Notes: a model not told the origin generated them from the letters alone. Shown: positions 24,103 through 38,858, counted from the stretch's first letter. The stretch is 64,000 nucleotides of DNA from Gnetum montanum (GCA_015680685.1 MNCI01002986.1:6730-70729); one strand, 5' to 3'. Translations and numbers: made by a program.

Positions 24103-26199
24103 TAAAAATAATCACACATACTAACTAAGGGCATGTTAAAATAAAATCATTCAGGCTATGAAATTAGGTAAATAGCCAAAGCTAAAAATTCATTATCAAT
24201 TCTTTTGCCTATTTTAATGGTTGGCCCATATAGATAGGATAAAGGCACCATGATGATGAACATTTAATCATTAAGCAGTACATTTTGCAAAATGATTTCA
24301 ATCTTTTAATAGATATTTTTATCCTTGATAATAATGCTAAAATTAATGAGTAAATTTTTCTAACAATATAGTATAATGATTTGATGTTATTCAATTGTGA
24401 TATTAGTTAGCTCAATCATTTTTTTAGAGTCTTTAACATGAATTACCAATTAAACTTTTAAGAATATGATTAGGTTTAAAATCACGAGCCCAATAATGAA
24501 GTTGTTTTTTTTTTGGCCGAGAGGCTAATTATTGGATGTTACCATGGAAAATAAATAATCATTGTCATAACAATAGGCAAAGCGATAAAATTTTTCAATA
24601 TAAAATTTCAAGCTCAACAATTGCCATGGCAAGAATTATTTAACACTGTACTTGATTTTTTTTTCAACCTAAAAATCAATTCTTAATGAATAAAATTTGG
24701 AAGTTCGTTAATTTGAAAAATAAAAAGATTCTCTTTGTCAAATAATAGATATATATCAAAATTTATAGTAAAACTAATTATATGAATTACGGCGTCCTTT
24801 CGGCCAATGTATTTTTGCCTTAATTCTTTTGTTAGCAAATGTTCTTTTATCATACAAGTACTAAACATCTTAGGTTAGAATTCAAATGTATTGACCTTAG
24901 ATAATTGAATTCATAAACACTAATTTTATATACAAGTTGCATGTATTTGTTGAAGCTTTGTGAAAACACATGTTAAGATTAATGTTAGGTAGACAAGTAT
25001 CCATATAAAAAAATCATTGTCAAAGCACTTATCAAATTTAAATATGTCATCCCAACTTGATAGACTAAAAAAGATATTTTTATTCAAAAGATATGATCAT
25101 TACTTTTATTATCTTATTTCTATAATTCTTCTAAGGTCTTTATTGGCTAGATATCATGGGGTATAGTTATAGTCATGCTTTTGGGAAGTATTTTGAAACT
25201 ACTTGAAGCATGAAATATTAAAAAAGCTATCATTGTGTCTATTTATATCTACAACTTTTAAAAGATCACTTATAGTACTTTAATCATGTTGATTTTCATG
25301 AAGCCTTAATATCTTCATTAAGTAATTAGAACTATAATTAATGGCATGTCCAATATAACTCAAAATGATTTACTTTCTACCAAGTTGCATAGGAAATCAC
25401 AATAATAACTCTTTATTTTTATACCTTCATTTATATACTAGATTTGGGAAAATCCTAACCACTTCCAAAATCCATAGTTAACTACTCACATGTTGAGTCA
25501 TAACATAACCAAGACCAAGAGTTTGATAAGATATTTTTAGTTAATTACTCTTTTTGATAGCTATAGGCATTGACCATTTCTATGCAAGCAAGCAACAGGT
25601 GTACAACAACCGCCTCTTATTGATTCACCATGGAGCAACCTTGATTTTCAAATCTAACCACCATTTATTCTTCATAAGTCGGTCACAGAGAACCGACACT
25701 TAGAGCCTCATGGCCCTTCCCCATCCTCCACACCTTCCATTGACCAAAATGTCATGACCATCCTTCCCTTTCATAAGAAATCACATGAGTTTACTCGCAT
25801 GCTATTTTGGTCACCCAGCACCTCAACTATCTTTGACAAACTCTCTAGACTGCTAGCAAAACTCCAAAGCCAGGCAGCCCCATGATGAAGGAGACCGCCA
25901 ACCAACAACATGCCTGTGCCACACAAACAACGTTTTTGCTTGTGAAAGGAATATCCCACAAGGGAACAAAACAAAGAGGAAGGGATATTTTTCACTAATG
26001 TTTTTTCTTCTGACTCATCAATCAATTGTAGAGGCGAGGGCAACCAACCCACACATGATAATTCAGATATTCCTCACCGCGCCCTATCACAGCCCAAAGG
26101 CTGGGGCATAGCAAAACGACAAAATTAGAATTCAATATAGTTACGGCGTATACCTTTTTGAATTAATTTTGCACCCAAAAAAGGCGGTACGATGATGCC

Positions 26200-26400
26200 T
26201 TTTGAAATTCCATACCTTTTCCACCACCCACCACCCACCACGTGTCGTTACAGTGTCGGTGGACTGTGCCGTCTAGCCGATTTCTGGGTGGCGGCCCCCA
26301 CGGGGTGGATGAGCATGGGCCACTGGCGTCCTGCCACGTAGCCACACCGTCCACGCGGAAAATCCCCGGTCGTTCCCCGTCCCCGGAAATATCGCACCGT
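26200..26400. promoter_or_regulatory. CpG-rich island with ABRE/DRE/CGCG-box cluster (candidate distal stress enhancer)
   Basis: CACGTGTC 26239-26246, GTCGGT (ACCGAC) 26255-26260, GCCACGTA 26333-26340, ACGCGG (CCGCGT) 26353-26358. Far higher CpG density than the flanks and no credible ORF. Confidence 0.6.
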
Positions 26401-28831
26401 TTATAATGATTTTGTGGCTAAGGTTAGTGCTTCGTGGCAATCATGACGAAAGCAGCAACATATTTTAGACGAGGAAAACTAAGGTTGAATTCAAAGGTTT
26501 TAATGTTGCGGGGACTTTGACGAATCAATTGCTGGGTTTTGATTTTTGGGCCATGCAGGCAACAAACGTGCTTTGTGCCTCGTCCCATTCAAATCTTTTT
26601 CTCGCTGGGGGTTGACTTTCAATCTTTTGTTGCCCTTTGCATCAGCGATCTTATCATCTATCACAGAGCTTGGAGTTTTTTTTAATTTGGGTAATAATTG
26701 TTTATCATGTTCATGTTGTCATTGTGCTTCAGAATGTGTAAAATAATTCGAGGGTTCTTATCCTTTTTGAGTGGGCTTGGTGATCATCAACATTAGCCAA
26801 TCATCATGGAGCTTCGATGCAAAGCTTATGTTGAGTAATTAACACAATTTTTGTACGGGAAGTTTTGATTTTTTATTAATTAAGGAGGGAGTGCTAACTT
26901 TATTATGCCCATTCCTTTTCAATGATGACATGTGAGGGCTCGGGGGCAATGAATCTTGAGGTTTGTGTCCATATAAATTTCGTTTTTGGTAGTGGACTCA
27001 TTCTCATGGCCTAAGTTATCCATGCATTGAGTTGTACTCTTGCCATGTGTAAGTCTTGGATAGGAAAAAGACTTAAAATGTGTGCAAGCACTAAGGGTGT
27101 CACTCTCAAAATTGACGACGTTGTGTATGGAAATTCCTTACGACTTTCAAACTTTCTATTTATTTAAATGAGAACTACTATTTGTTCCATGCTATAATTT
27201 AGGGAAAATAACAGGTGGAAGAAAAGGTCCACTTTAGTTAGGGATTTGGTATTGGTAATGGGGTTGATATTTTGATAGCTACGTCCAATCACGATATTGA
27301 ATTGATAGTTTTCAATAACTAAGAACTTTGTATAATGATACTATCTATGGTGATCTTTTAAGTATTTGGATATCTAATCCAAAGCACTAGTTTACACGCT
27401 CATTATGTAGGTTATTTATTTCATTTATGATGGTTGACTTTAAGGTATGTCATCTACCTAAAATAAAAAAANAAGAATAAGATTATATCATCTTCTAGTT
27501 GAAATTGGAAAATAGAAAAATCAACAACATGAAGATAAAATATGTCAATTATGTTTACTACAAGTACCATAAGATGAGTAGCATGTTTTATTAGAATGTT
27601 GGGGAACAAATTTCTTTAGAAGTTGGTTGATCTTTGTATGAGCTATTCAAGTTACTAGTATTATTTCTAGGAAATTATATAAAATATGTATTCTAGTTAC
27701 ATGAATATTGTACACATCTACTTAACTTAAGATATATTACTATTGATGTATTTTGCATAAGTTAATTTATCTATAAATCCTTTGGGTCTATATAGACATG
27801 ATAAAATTTTAATTTTTAGTTTTCTATTTTCATTATTAGCAGATAACTAAATTCAAATAATTTGCTAATTAGTTACTCTTTTCATAAATTTATTTTAAGA
27901 TATACTCATGTCATTATTAAATTTATAACTGAGTTCAAATTACTATACCTAATTGCTTTGTTATACTAGATCTAGTATTGCCTTGAGTGTGAAAATTCAT
28001 CTCTTTAAATATCCATATGATTATTTAGTTCATTATTAGGGGGAGAGGGGGGCATCAAAACCAAAACTAGATGTACCCCTTAGATATATAGCCAACACAA
28101 AATTTTCATAGAACTTAAGCAAAACATAATGGTATGCTAGATTAACATACTTTTTGGAATAAGATCTATAGGTGTCAAACCCCTATATATATATATATTA
28201 ACAATAAATATTTAGAGTACAAAAGCAAAGGAGTACTCCAGAGAGGAGAAACTCCAAATCAACAAAAAGAAAAGGCCAAAGTTTTGAGGATGTCTATTCG
28301 GGTTTTCATTCTTACAACTGGTCTTGAAAAACATCCCCTTTGGTGTAGGAAATCAAATATTTCATGAAAACATTAACATTAGGTGGAGGGGGAGAGGGCC
28401 CCTACCCTATCAATAGAATCAACATTATCAAAAGTTATTATCTTCATATCTTGATGAATAGTTGCAAATGAATTATTAGTAGTTAACATATCTTAAACAC
28501 ATTGTCCATTCTAAAGATTTGACATGTAATTGTCAATATATAGACTTCATCAATGTCTTTTATTTTGAAGAACCATTTGGAAACCATCTAAATCAACAAG
28601 AAGTTTCTGTGAAATGTTGTGAATAAATATTTATTTGTCCTTGCTCATTATAGAATTCTTTGAAATTGATTTGATTGAAACCTTCCTCAAAGGTATATTT
28701 TGTTGAACAAAAGTAAAAAAAGAAAAAATGGTGGATTGAAATATCATTAGAAGAAATCATTGCAAGATTTGCACCATCTATGAAAAAAACCTTAGCAAGA
28801 TCTACAATATTTGTAGAAGAAACATTAGTAG

Positions 28832-29634
28832 TAATGAGCGGCAAGGTACCCCTACACCCAACCATACAAATCACAAGCGTTCATGCATGATTTGGTCAAA
28901 TTCTATGGATGGGACTAGTTGTGGCATGTAGATCGCTATGCCTTGATCACAATTCGTTGTCTTCCCACTTGGACTGGTGGTGGCTTTGTCACGTATGGTT
29001 TAGTCTAGAGTGAGGCAAATGATTTTTATTATTTTATATTTTATTTTTTCAATAGGTTGAAACTCAATTTATAATCAATTCAACTAATCTAATTGCTAAT
29101 TAATAACCAACTACCCTAACATAAGTATCCGATCCCACTTCCCGTGCACATCTTGAACACATATAACGCTGCTAGGTTACTAAACGTTAAGCATTGCTAG
29201 GATTATCAAGAGTCATCCACATGCTTGAAGAAATCGTACCTATGTGCCTAATTAATTAACATGCATGAAAATGTAAATATTAACTAAGTACATGAAAAGT
29301 AAATCTAATCTAAGTCAAAGTGCTGCAATGAATAAAAATCAATCTCGATCTTATTGCCGTTCATGGAATATGTTCAGGTACATTGACAATCAAATAAGAT
29401 TTCATACAACTAACTCAGATCCACTCTACAGGCACTCACTGACTGTTCTTTAAGATTATGAAATAAAATTGCAAGAGTTTGGGTACTCTACTAAAAAACC
29501 TATACCTAAACCATGGGCCCAAGCGCTATATTTATAGGCTGACATACATCCCCAAATATCAGATATCCGATAACGCATTTAGGGGCTTGATATTGGGTAT
29601 TCAATATTAGAGCTAGGCAAATCATGACTCATCA
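28832..29634 (-). mobile_element. Solo LTR of the Athila-like family
   Basis: T(G>A)ATGAGCGG...ACTCATCA, 803 bp, similar to the A/D LTRs. TSD AGTAG (28827-28831, 29635-29639). No PBS or PPT alongside. Confidence 0.92.
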
Positions 29635-29775
29635 AGTAGTATTTGTAGTAGCTTGATGCTGACATGCTTACATAGCCTTTTTTGCAACATAAAAGGACAT
29701 GCATTAAACATATTACACTCTCAATGATAGTAGTGAGATGACTTTAGAAGATTCTAATAAAGATCCTTCTGTACA

Positions 29776-30577
29776 TGGTGAGTGGTGAGGTACCCCTATG
29801 CCTAACCATACGAATCACTAAGGCATTACGCGCTATTCAGTTGAATTCCATGGACCTATAGTCATCTCATACAGTAGTTCCTCTAGGAAGTGAAATGACA
29901 TTGAGAATGTTTATTGTCTTCCCAACTACACTTGTGAGGCTCAAGGGTATGGTTTAAGTGTAATTAAGGTATATGAATTTTTATCATTTATGTTTTATGG
30001 ATGTAATCACCTACAACAAGAATAAAAGGTAGAGTAAATTGAAACTAATGTCTATTTCCTAGCTAGCCTAACACAAGTAATCGTCCCACTTTCCTAGACA
30101 CATCTTGAACACATATAGCACTATTGGGCTACCAAACGTTAAGCGTTGCTGGGTTACCAAGTATTAGATGAATGCTCAAAGTGGTTGTGCCCATGTTCAT
30201 TAATTGTTGGAAATAAATTGCTTAATCAAATGTATTAAAGTAAAGAACAAGAAAGTAGAATGCATTAAAGAAAATATTAAACTATTTTGAGTGCTGTAAG
30301 GATTGTCAAAAGAGTTTGTTTTATTCCTATCACACTGCTACACTTAGGTACATCAGTGCTCAAACAAAGAACTATACACACTTAAGACTCCTTTTGCAGT
30401 TACTTAGAAAAGATTCTAACTGTGAGGAAAATAAACTACAAGAGCTTTGCTCCTTTGACTAAGAATGATCCAAAAATTACTCTAAATGGGACTCCAGGCA
30501 TGGTATTTATAGGCTTGGAGAATATACCTCGACATCGTGTACCCGATGTCATAGTCAACACAAACAGTGGTTCATCA
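29776..30577 (-). repeat. 3' LTR of element D
   Basis: Direct repeat of 39019-39849, ends TTCATCA, followed internally by TACCCCCATG (PPT on minus). Confidence 0.93.
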
Positions 30578-31779
30578 TACCCCCATGACTAAATGAAAAC
30601 TTTTCCTCTAGTAAAGAAGAGGAGGAACAAGTTCTCTACAATATAACATATTCGGTAGGTATGGGATTATTGATTGACTTGACAAATTGACTCATATGAA
30701 ATAGACATATAGACTTTGAGTGCCCAAGTGTACGAAATTGCAAGTTTTACAACATTGGGTGTTCATGAGAAGAGGAGTGAACACCCTGGAGAATATTGAC
30801 ATCTAACACCTCTTGACAATAGGAGAATGAGAGAGAGAGAGAGAAGATCCTTCAATCACGAATGGTCCTCATTGTGTGGTACTATTGCATCATCCTTGGT
30901 GAAGATAGTCCCGCTTACAGTCCATGCTTCCCACTGCAATCACAACAAAATCATGAATTAGTATGCAATGTGTAACACAGTGATTAAATGCTTTGTCTTG
31001 TTAGTGGTTACACTTAGCTAAGTTGTGATTATGGTAGCTTGGTTTCTTTTGAGTAGTGTTAGTGGGAAGGTTGACAGATAGGGTAAAATAAATAAGTGGT
31101 CCATTAAATTTGAAAGAGTTCAATACAAGGAAATATTTGAAGAGGTCATAAGAATTCATAATAATGAAAGAAGAATTCACTAAAAAATGTTGTGAAGATG
31201 TGTACAATTGGATATCATTGATGGGGTAAACAGAAGGAGTTTGATTGTAAAAATTTCTAAGGATAAAGAACTTAAATGACCCAACCAATAGATATGCAAG
31301 TGGGTCCTCCCCAAAGCAGGCACAGGCCTTTTATGCCCTTGCATAACTTTAAACCAAAGAGTCCATGGGCTCCGTGGATGATTAATGGTTACAGAAGGTT
31401 AAGTACAAAAACCTGGAAGTAACTAACTAGGAATCTCGACACATCAAACCAAGAGATTGAACCAAAACATGAAACCGACAGTGAGGTGGAACATGGAAAG
31501 CATAGATGGATAAGAGAGAGAGAGAGAGAGAGAGTGGAATGAAGTTCATAATTATGGTCACATGAAGTCCCTTGTGGATTTTGTAGTTAAATGACTTGAT
31601 AGGATCCAAAACCAACCACTTTTAGTGATTTTGCATCGACATTCTAAGACCAATCCATCCTTTGAGACACAAGAGTGCTTCCACAAAACAACCACTATTC
31701 CAAATTAGAGAAGAAGTAGGAAGGGAGGAAGGGCCTTAGTTAAAGGAGATGAGTCTCATAACTAGTGCTTATAGCTCGT

Positions 31780-32014
31780 TTATTCTATCTAAGGGATGTG
31801 CTTTGAATTTCCATTGTTTTTTTTTTGAAATGGGAACCACACCATGCAAAGACACATGCATTTATTTTGTCCAAGGGGTGTGCTTTGAATCCTCATCTTT
31901 TTTTTCTTGATGAGGACCACACCATGTGAGGACGTATGTATTTATTTTGTCTAAGGGATGTGCTTTGAATTCTCATTATTTTTTTTGATGATGAGAACCA
32001 CACCATGCATGGAC
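31780..32014. repeat. Three ~81-bp tandem units, each a stem-loop, in the post-integrase region of D
   Basis: TTATTTTGTC(C/T)AAGGG..GTGCTTTGAAT-stem-T-run-stem-CCACACCATG x3. Confidence 0.85.
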
Positions 32015-32739
32015 TTATTCAACTTCCTTTATTTATTAGCATAGAATAGTAAGAAATTCATTGAAACACACATGCACCCAAGTAAATAGAAAAGTACAAA
32101 GAATACCGAATCCCCTTGAAGCCACATCCTATTCAAACCTTTGAATCCTTTCCAATTCTGGAAAATACCAAAGTCATGAATTTATTAAAGTTTGATTAAT
32201 GAAAAAGGGACTACATGTTTCCAAAAAAAGGAAAACCATAGAGTGTGTGGATGTGTCGATGTTGTGGACTCATTGCCTATTACATGAAAAAGAAACCATG
32301 TCCTAATTATTCATAATGAAATTCAAAGCTAGAAACTAGAAATCAAGAATCAAATAACAAAAATAGTACATACCACCATCAAGTAACGCATTACCAATGT
32401 ACCTGGCACTTATTAACCCAAAGTTAGAAAATCACACCAAATAAAAGAAAATATAGAAGAAAGTGTAAATCATTTAAGAAATATCAAATGTACTAACAAT
32501 GGTGTAAAACAAAAAATTAGAGAAGATTAATAAGATAAAAACAAAAAGATCTAAAACAAAGAATATGTAAAACAGAAAGTTGTTAAATGAAAAATATGTA
32601 AAACAAAAAAGTTGAAAAACTAATGATCTACTTGAATGGTTAGCATGGGTGGCCATCTCCCCCATGACTAAGTTAAAAGGAGAAGATCTAAAATATGGAG
32701 TGTGGTTGTCTATCTGATGAGGTTTTTGTGTTAGCTAGC

Positions 32740-35700
32740 TTATGTTCATGGAAAGGTTTAATTTGTTGAATGTTGACTAGCTGTTTCTTATTTGGGCTCT
32801 CAGGTTTATAAATCATCATGGCCCTTGAAGGAAAAGTTTCATAAATGATATAAGGTCCCTCCCACAATGTTTGGAACTTAGTTTGTTGAGGTACATGTAT
32901 GAGGTTCCAGTAGAGAACCTTATCTCCTGGTTGAAATTAAACTTTTCTAATTTTTAGGTCATGATGCTTTTTGTTATAAGCCTTGTGCAACTCATTAGAT
33001 GCTAAGGCTACTAATCTGTTTTCATCTAGCAGGTTGAGATTCATTAGTCTTTCCTTTTGGGCTAGACTTAAGTCAAGGTCAAGGTTATAAGCTGTTGAAA
33101 GTGTACGAAGTTCAGATTGAATAGGAAGTGTTGGTAGTTTGCCTTACAAAAGCTCATAGGGAGAGTAGCCTATAGGAAGTTTCCAAGTTGAGCGGTAGGC
33201 CCAAAGGGCATCATTGAGTTTTGTGCTCCAGTCCTTCCTATACTTACTAACAGTTCTTGTTAGTATTCTTATGATTTCCCTATTCGTAACCTCAGCTTGA
33301 CCATTAGCTTGGGGATGGTAAGGTGTTGTGAGTTTGTGTTCAACCCCCAAGCATTGCATAAGCTTTCAAAAAGTAGTGCATATAAAATGAGTTTCATTAT
33401 TAGAAATTAATGCACGTGGCACACCAAACCTACTTACAACATTTTGTTATACAAATTGAGTAGCAATAGAAGATGTGGAGTCAATGATAGCTACTACTTC
33501 TGCCCATTTCATCCAATAGTCAATACCAACTATGATGTACGCCTTTCCATTTGACACGGGTGTGATGGGACCCATGAAATTAATGCCCCAAAGGTCGAAT
33601 GGTTCTAATGGTTGAATCCATTGTTAAGGTTCCTCCATTCGAGTAGTCATTCCACCATCCCATTGGCATGGTTCACAAGAGTAGATGAAATGGTGAGCAT
33701 CCCTAAAGAGTGTTGGCCAATAGTACCTTGCCATCAGGATTTTAATGGCAATGTATCTCCCAACATAGTGTCCTCCACAAGGACCTTCATGAGCATCTTG
33801 GAGCATGCATAGTTGATCAGCATTGGGGACATACCAATGAACCAGGCCATCGGTGCACACATTGTATAGGCATCTGTTGATCTCCATGAAGTGCTTTACT
33901 TGGTGAAGAAACTGTTGTTTCCTCTAGTGATCCAACCCTTATGGAATCTCTTGAGTGAGAAGATAGGTGAGAATGTTATCATACCATTTTGGCTCATTGG
34001 GCATTTGTTCAATTATTGCCCTAGTAAAGAGGAGTTTATTAGGAAATGTATAAGATAATTGGCTTTCATCCTCTTTGTCATCCCATTGCAATTGAGACAA
34101 GTGATCAGCAGCCACATTCTTAGTGCCCTTCCAATCTACCATTGTAAGATCAAATTCCTACAAGATCATTAGCCATCGTATGACATAGGGGCTCACCATT
34201 AGCTTGTTTGTTAAAAAGCGGATGGAACTATGGTTTGTGTGCACAAACACCTTGCATCCAAGCACATAATGACTAAACTTCTCTAGAGCAAACATCACCG
34301 CCATCAATTCTTTTTTTGTAGTGGTGTAGTTTAATTGTGCATCCACAATGCTTCGGCTGGTGTAGTGGATGTAGTATGGATGTTTCTTATCATCTAACTA
34401 CATCAGCACAACTTCCAAAGCATAATTCAATGCATCTGTCATGATGTGAAATGGTTTGGACCAATCAAGTGCTTATAGAATTGGCGTTTCCACAATCCTT
34501 TCTTTCAATTACTGGAACACTTCTTCACATTTTGGGGTCTAGACAAAAGGAGCATCTTTCTTTGTTAGTTCAACCAATGGTTTTGCCATCTTAGAGAAAT
34601 TCTCTATGAATCATTAGTAGTAGCCTATGTGTCCAATGAATGACTGAACATCTTTAACTATTTTCAGCTGGCAGGTTATTCCTTAGATAACCCTTATTTT
34701 TTTAGGGTCCACCTAAATTCCTACTTGTGATATTTTGTGCCCTAATACAATGCCCTCTTGGACCATGAGGTAACTTTTCTACCAATTAAGCTGCAATTTA
34801 GTTTTGACACATGATTTCAACACTTGCTCAAGGTAGTTTAGGGCTTGCTCAAAGGTAGCTCCATAGGTGGAGAAGTCATCCATGAAGACTTCTACACCAC
34901 TACTGATCTATTATTGAAAGATGCTTAGCACTAGGCGTTGAAATGTCGTAGGGGTACTACATAGACCAAATGGAATTTTACAATATGCAAAAGTCCCCCA
35001 TGGACTTGTGAACATTATCTTTACTTGGTCCTCTAGTGCAATTTGAATTTGGTTATAGCCACTATAACCATCTAGGAAGCTGTAGTAGCAATGCCCTTAT
35101 ATTGTGTTGAGCACCTATTCAACAAATGGCAATGGAAAGTGATCCTTGAATGTTGCCATATTTAGCAGCCTAAAATCGATGCAGACCCACCATTTTCCAC
35201 CTTTCGTTGGCATAATTACAAGTGGGCTAACCCACTTGCTATTTGTAATGGGATAGATGAACCTCGTCTTGAGGAGTTGCTTGATTTTCTCCTTGACAAT
35301 TTGCTTCAATTTGGGGTTCAACCACCTTTGTGCTTGTTGTTTTGGCTTCATGGTTGGGTTAGTGTAAATGCAATGTTGGCATATCCTAGGGTCAATCCTT
35401 GTGAGTTCAGGATATGACCAAGCAAAAGCTATTGACCATCTTTCAACTACCTTCACTAGCATCTCTTTCTATTTTGGAGCAAGTCTTGCATTGATTATAA
35501 TTGTCTTCTTATTTTTAAAAAATACATATTCCATTCCAGCTAGTAGCATTTTCAGTTCAAGGGGCTGTTACTTGAAGTTCTTAGGAATTTCCAACTCTCC
35601 CAAATAGGTATCATCGTTTGTATCATAAGAGAGATGGTGATGAACTTGCTCTAGTTCATTCATGCTTATGACATATTCACATGCCAAGCTCTTAGCTGGT

Positions 35701-38700
35701 TCTATGCATAGTGTGCTACTTTCTAAATTAGAGGTCAGCCAGTAGGTGCCCTCCTAGTTTGTGGCTATTGTGTATAGAGACCTTTGAATTTCTACTTTTG
35801 GTGCATACTGCTTGCATGTAGAGATGGATGCTTGCTTGATGGCCCAAAGTTTTTGCACACAATTGCACTTGCTATTGTTGTATGCAATGCATGGAACTCT
35901 CTTCTTCTTAATCTTTCCAAATGTATTTTCTTTAGAGATTTCTAGGGAAAGATCTCTAATGCCCATTCTTATGTCTATTGTGCTCAACCATGATCTTCTC
36001 ATGATGGTTGGGAAGTCCCCTTTGCATTTCTCCACTTTGATTACCAAAAAGTTGGTAGAATAAGACCACCCACAAATAGTGGTCACAATGTCTTCTACTA
36101 GTTCCAATGAAAGAATGATGGACTGGTCTGCCAATTCTAATATGATGTTGCTCTTCTTAAGAGGAGGTAAGTTTCAGGAAGTGTACATTTCATGAGAAAT
36201 CAAATTAAAACCAAAACCTGAATCAAGAAGAGCCTTATGTGGTTCATTCCTAGCAATCTATAAATAAATTAGAGGACTTTTAAGATCAGCTAATTTCTTG
36301 GGAAGGTTTCCTGCATGGATTCCATCAGACACAGTGTGAGTAAGCATTATGGTATGGATCCTTGGTAGAGTTTAGTTTGAAGGAGGCCCAAAGGAATTGG
36401 ATATGGAGGAAGAGGTAGGAGTAGGGTTGTGAACCATGGGTGTAGGTGAAGGCTTAGCTGGACCACTAGGTTGAAAGGGAGGTCTTTTCTTTGATTAGGC
36501 ATTCAACCCCTTTGATTGATGATTGGGTTGCAAATTAATAGCCCTATGTGCATTGTGTTGTTATGATTGAGCAAGTGGTTCACCCTACATTGGTGGAGCA
36601 AGTGGTAGCTATGAAACTGGAGGAGGAGTGTGTGCAAGGAAAGGAGGAGGATAAGGATATGGGGCAATGTCCCTTCTTTCATGTGGAGATAGAGTTCGAT
36701 AATAGTTAGAAGGGTGGTAGTAAGGCTATAACTGAGAAAAGTGACTAGAAGAGTCACATGGAGCCATGGGTTGCTAAACATGGTAACCATATGGATCAGG
36801 CTATTGGTAAGGGTATTGTTTCCTTGGCAGTGCAAATGCCCATGTTTGTGGTTGCTGCCATTGTTGGTACTGTTTGTACAGTTGTAGTGGAGCTTCGCTT
36901 GGATAATACGATTGTTGTTGGTAGAACTACCTAAGATTACCTTGAGGATAAGGCAACCTCTTGGATGTTTGCCTTTGTGTAAGTTGTGGATGTAAGGAAT
37001 ACACCCCAGACTCTTGAAGATATGACACAATGGGGCAACATCCCTTAGGGTGTTCATACTAGCAGATATCACATCCACAATCATCATTTGATTCATTGTT
37101 TGCAACCTCTTCTATTGTAGCAATTTTTCCCTTACCTTTATAATATGCATGTTTAGATTCTTTGCTTCTCCTGTGCTCATGATCACTACCTTGTTCTTGG
37201 GACTCTTTAGCAATTTTGAGGATTGCTTGAAATTGGCTATCCATGGAGTCCCTTAACTGATCAACCTTGGTCATAAGTTCAGATTGGAATTGTTGAAGTG
37301 GTAAGGCTTTTTTATGCATCCCCTCATTAAATATGGATTCATCGTTACTATCACAGAATTGAACCTCCCTCTTGTGGATGGAAGGATCGTGGTTATACTT
37401 CTCTACACTTTCTCTTTTTCATAGTTTTCCCTCCTCTTTGGTGAATTTCTTTATTAACCTTTGGACTTGGTAGGCAATTAGTTTTGACAATCGTCCTTTG
37501 GCATAGATACCAGGGGTTTTCCTCGTTTCATTACGAAGCCTGTCTACAATGTGGTGGAGTTGAGTCAATTGAGAATAACCATGGCCAAGACATTTGTGCA
37601 TCAAGGCATAGTATTGGCTAATGGCGACATCCAAGGGTTCGTGTGCTCCTTGTTTCCACCCTTGAATTTGCTTCCTTAAGTTGAACACTTGGAAGTATGT
37701 TTGATACTTATCATTGAACATCTCAAGCATGGTACTCCATTGTTTGATAGATTCCAATTCTAAGGATTGGTACCAGTTCTTTACTTCTTTGATGAGTGTC
37801 TTGGAAAATAACTTTAGTTTCTACCATTTTTTCTCTATGTTTTGCAAGGCACATGCATTTTGAAAAGCTTAAAGATGATTTTGCATATCAGAGTTATATC
37901 CTCCAAATCGAGAAATATTATTCATGTTTAACCATTTGATCTGACTATCTTTCACATGCCTTGTTGGAATTCTGACTACCTTTGCAATGTTAAGCATACT
38001 CTGGGTAGCAAATAGAGGCTCATCAAGGCCTTGATCATGGTGCCTATGATGCCATCTACTGCCCCTTCCTTCATGGTGATGTGCTTTTCTTGAATGTCTA
38101 CATCCTTGATCTTGCCTATCTTGATGGTCCTATTAGTCATTTCGTTCATTTTGATCACTGTCATCACGATCTCGCCTTTTGCGGTCATAGTTAGAGCCAG
38201 AGGAAGAAGATGATGATGAAGGGGAAGAGGAAGGAGAAATAGCACCACCATAGCACCTACTACTACCTCTTTAGTGATCGCGACCATGGTCACGATCTTA
38301 CTTGTTACTTGCATCCTTGTCTTGACTTGCCCCTTTGGATCCTACTTTGTCATTAGATCCATTGTTACCAAAATCAGGATTGTGAACTGTGGAGTGCAAA
38401 TTCTAGTTTTGACCTTCATTATCGAAGTTAAAGAGAGGAGTTTCATTGAGTGGAAGATCCCCACTAGCTTGTTGGTACAATAGGAATAGAGAATTGTTAA
38501 GTCCTTTTCCCTTCAAAAGTTCATAGTGCTGCTCTAGCTGTTGATCTCGCAGCTGTTATGCTTCGGTGGGATGATAATCCATGGTGTTGACATCTTCCAT
38601 GATATATTCCCCATGGTGGTCTTGAAGACCACATCGTACAAGAATTTGATAGAGCATTGCAGGGGCTACACAATCGAGCAGCAACACGATGTTGCCCTCC

Positions 38701-38858
38701 ATGTTACGCCACTACAGCTGTTCATGTTGGTGTAAGGTGAAGGTGAAGTTTGATACATACTCATCAGGATGAGTATATGTAATTCAATATTGTTGAGGCT
38801 TTGATGGATGAGCATTATTAGGCTTGGGTGGAGAAGCACTCCTGTGAGAAGAAGACAT
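32740..38858 (-). pseudogene. Decayed gag-pol of element D
   Basis: gag (37419..37757, knuckle CDIC..H..C), protease ALLDSG (~36220), RT CIDFRLLN/KDHFPLPF, SFLDGYSGYNQI and VFMDDF, RNase H NYTTTKKELMAV, integrase HEGPCGGH..CEPC, WGINFMGP, YHPQANGQAE. Many stops and frameshifts. Confidence 0.95.

Noticed and set aside
25560-26050. Possible LINE 3' fragment or 93-aa gene on the minus strand (similar hints at 28200-28800)
   Set aside because: Too decayed to assign, and the ORF starts at a non-ATG codon.
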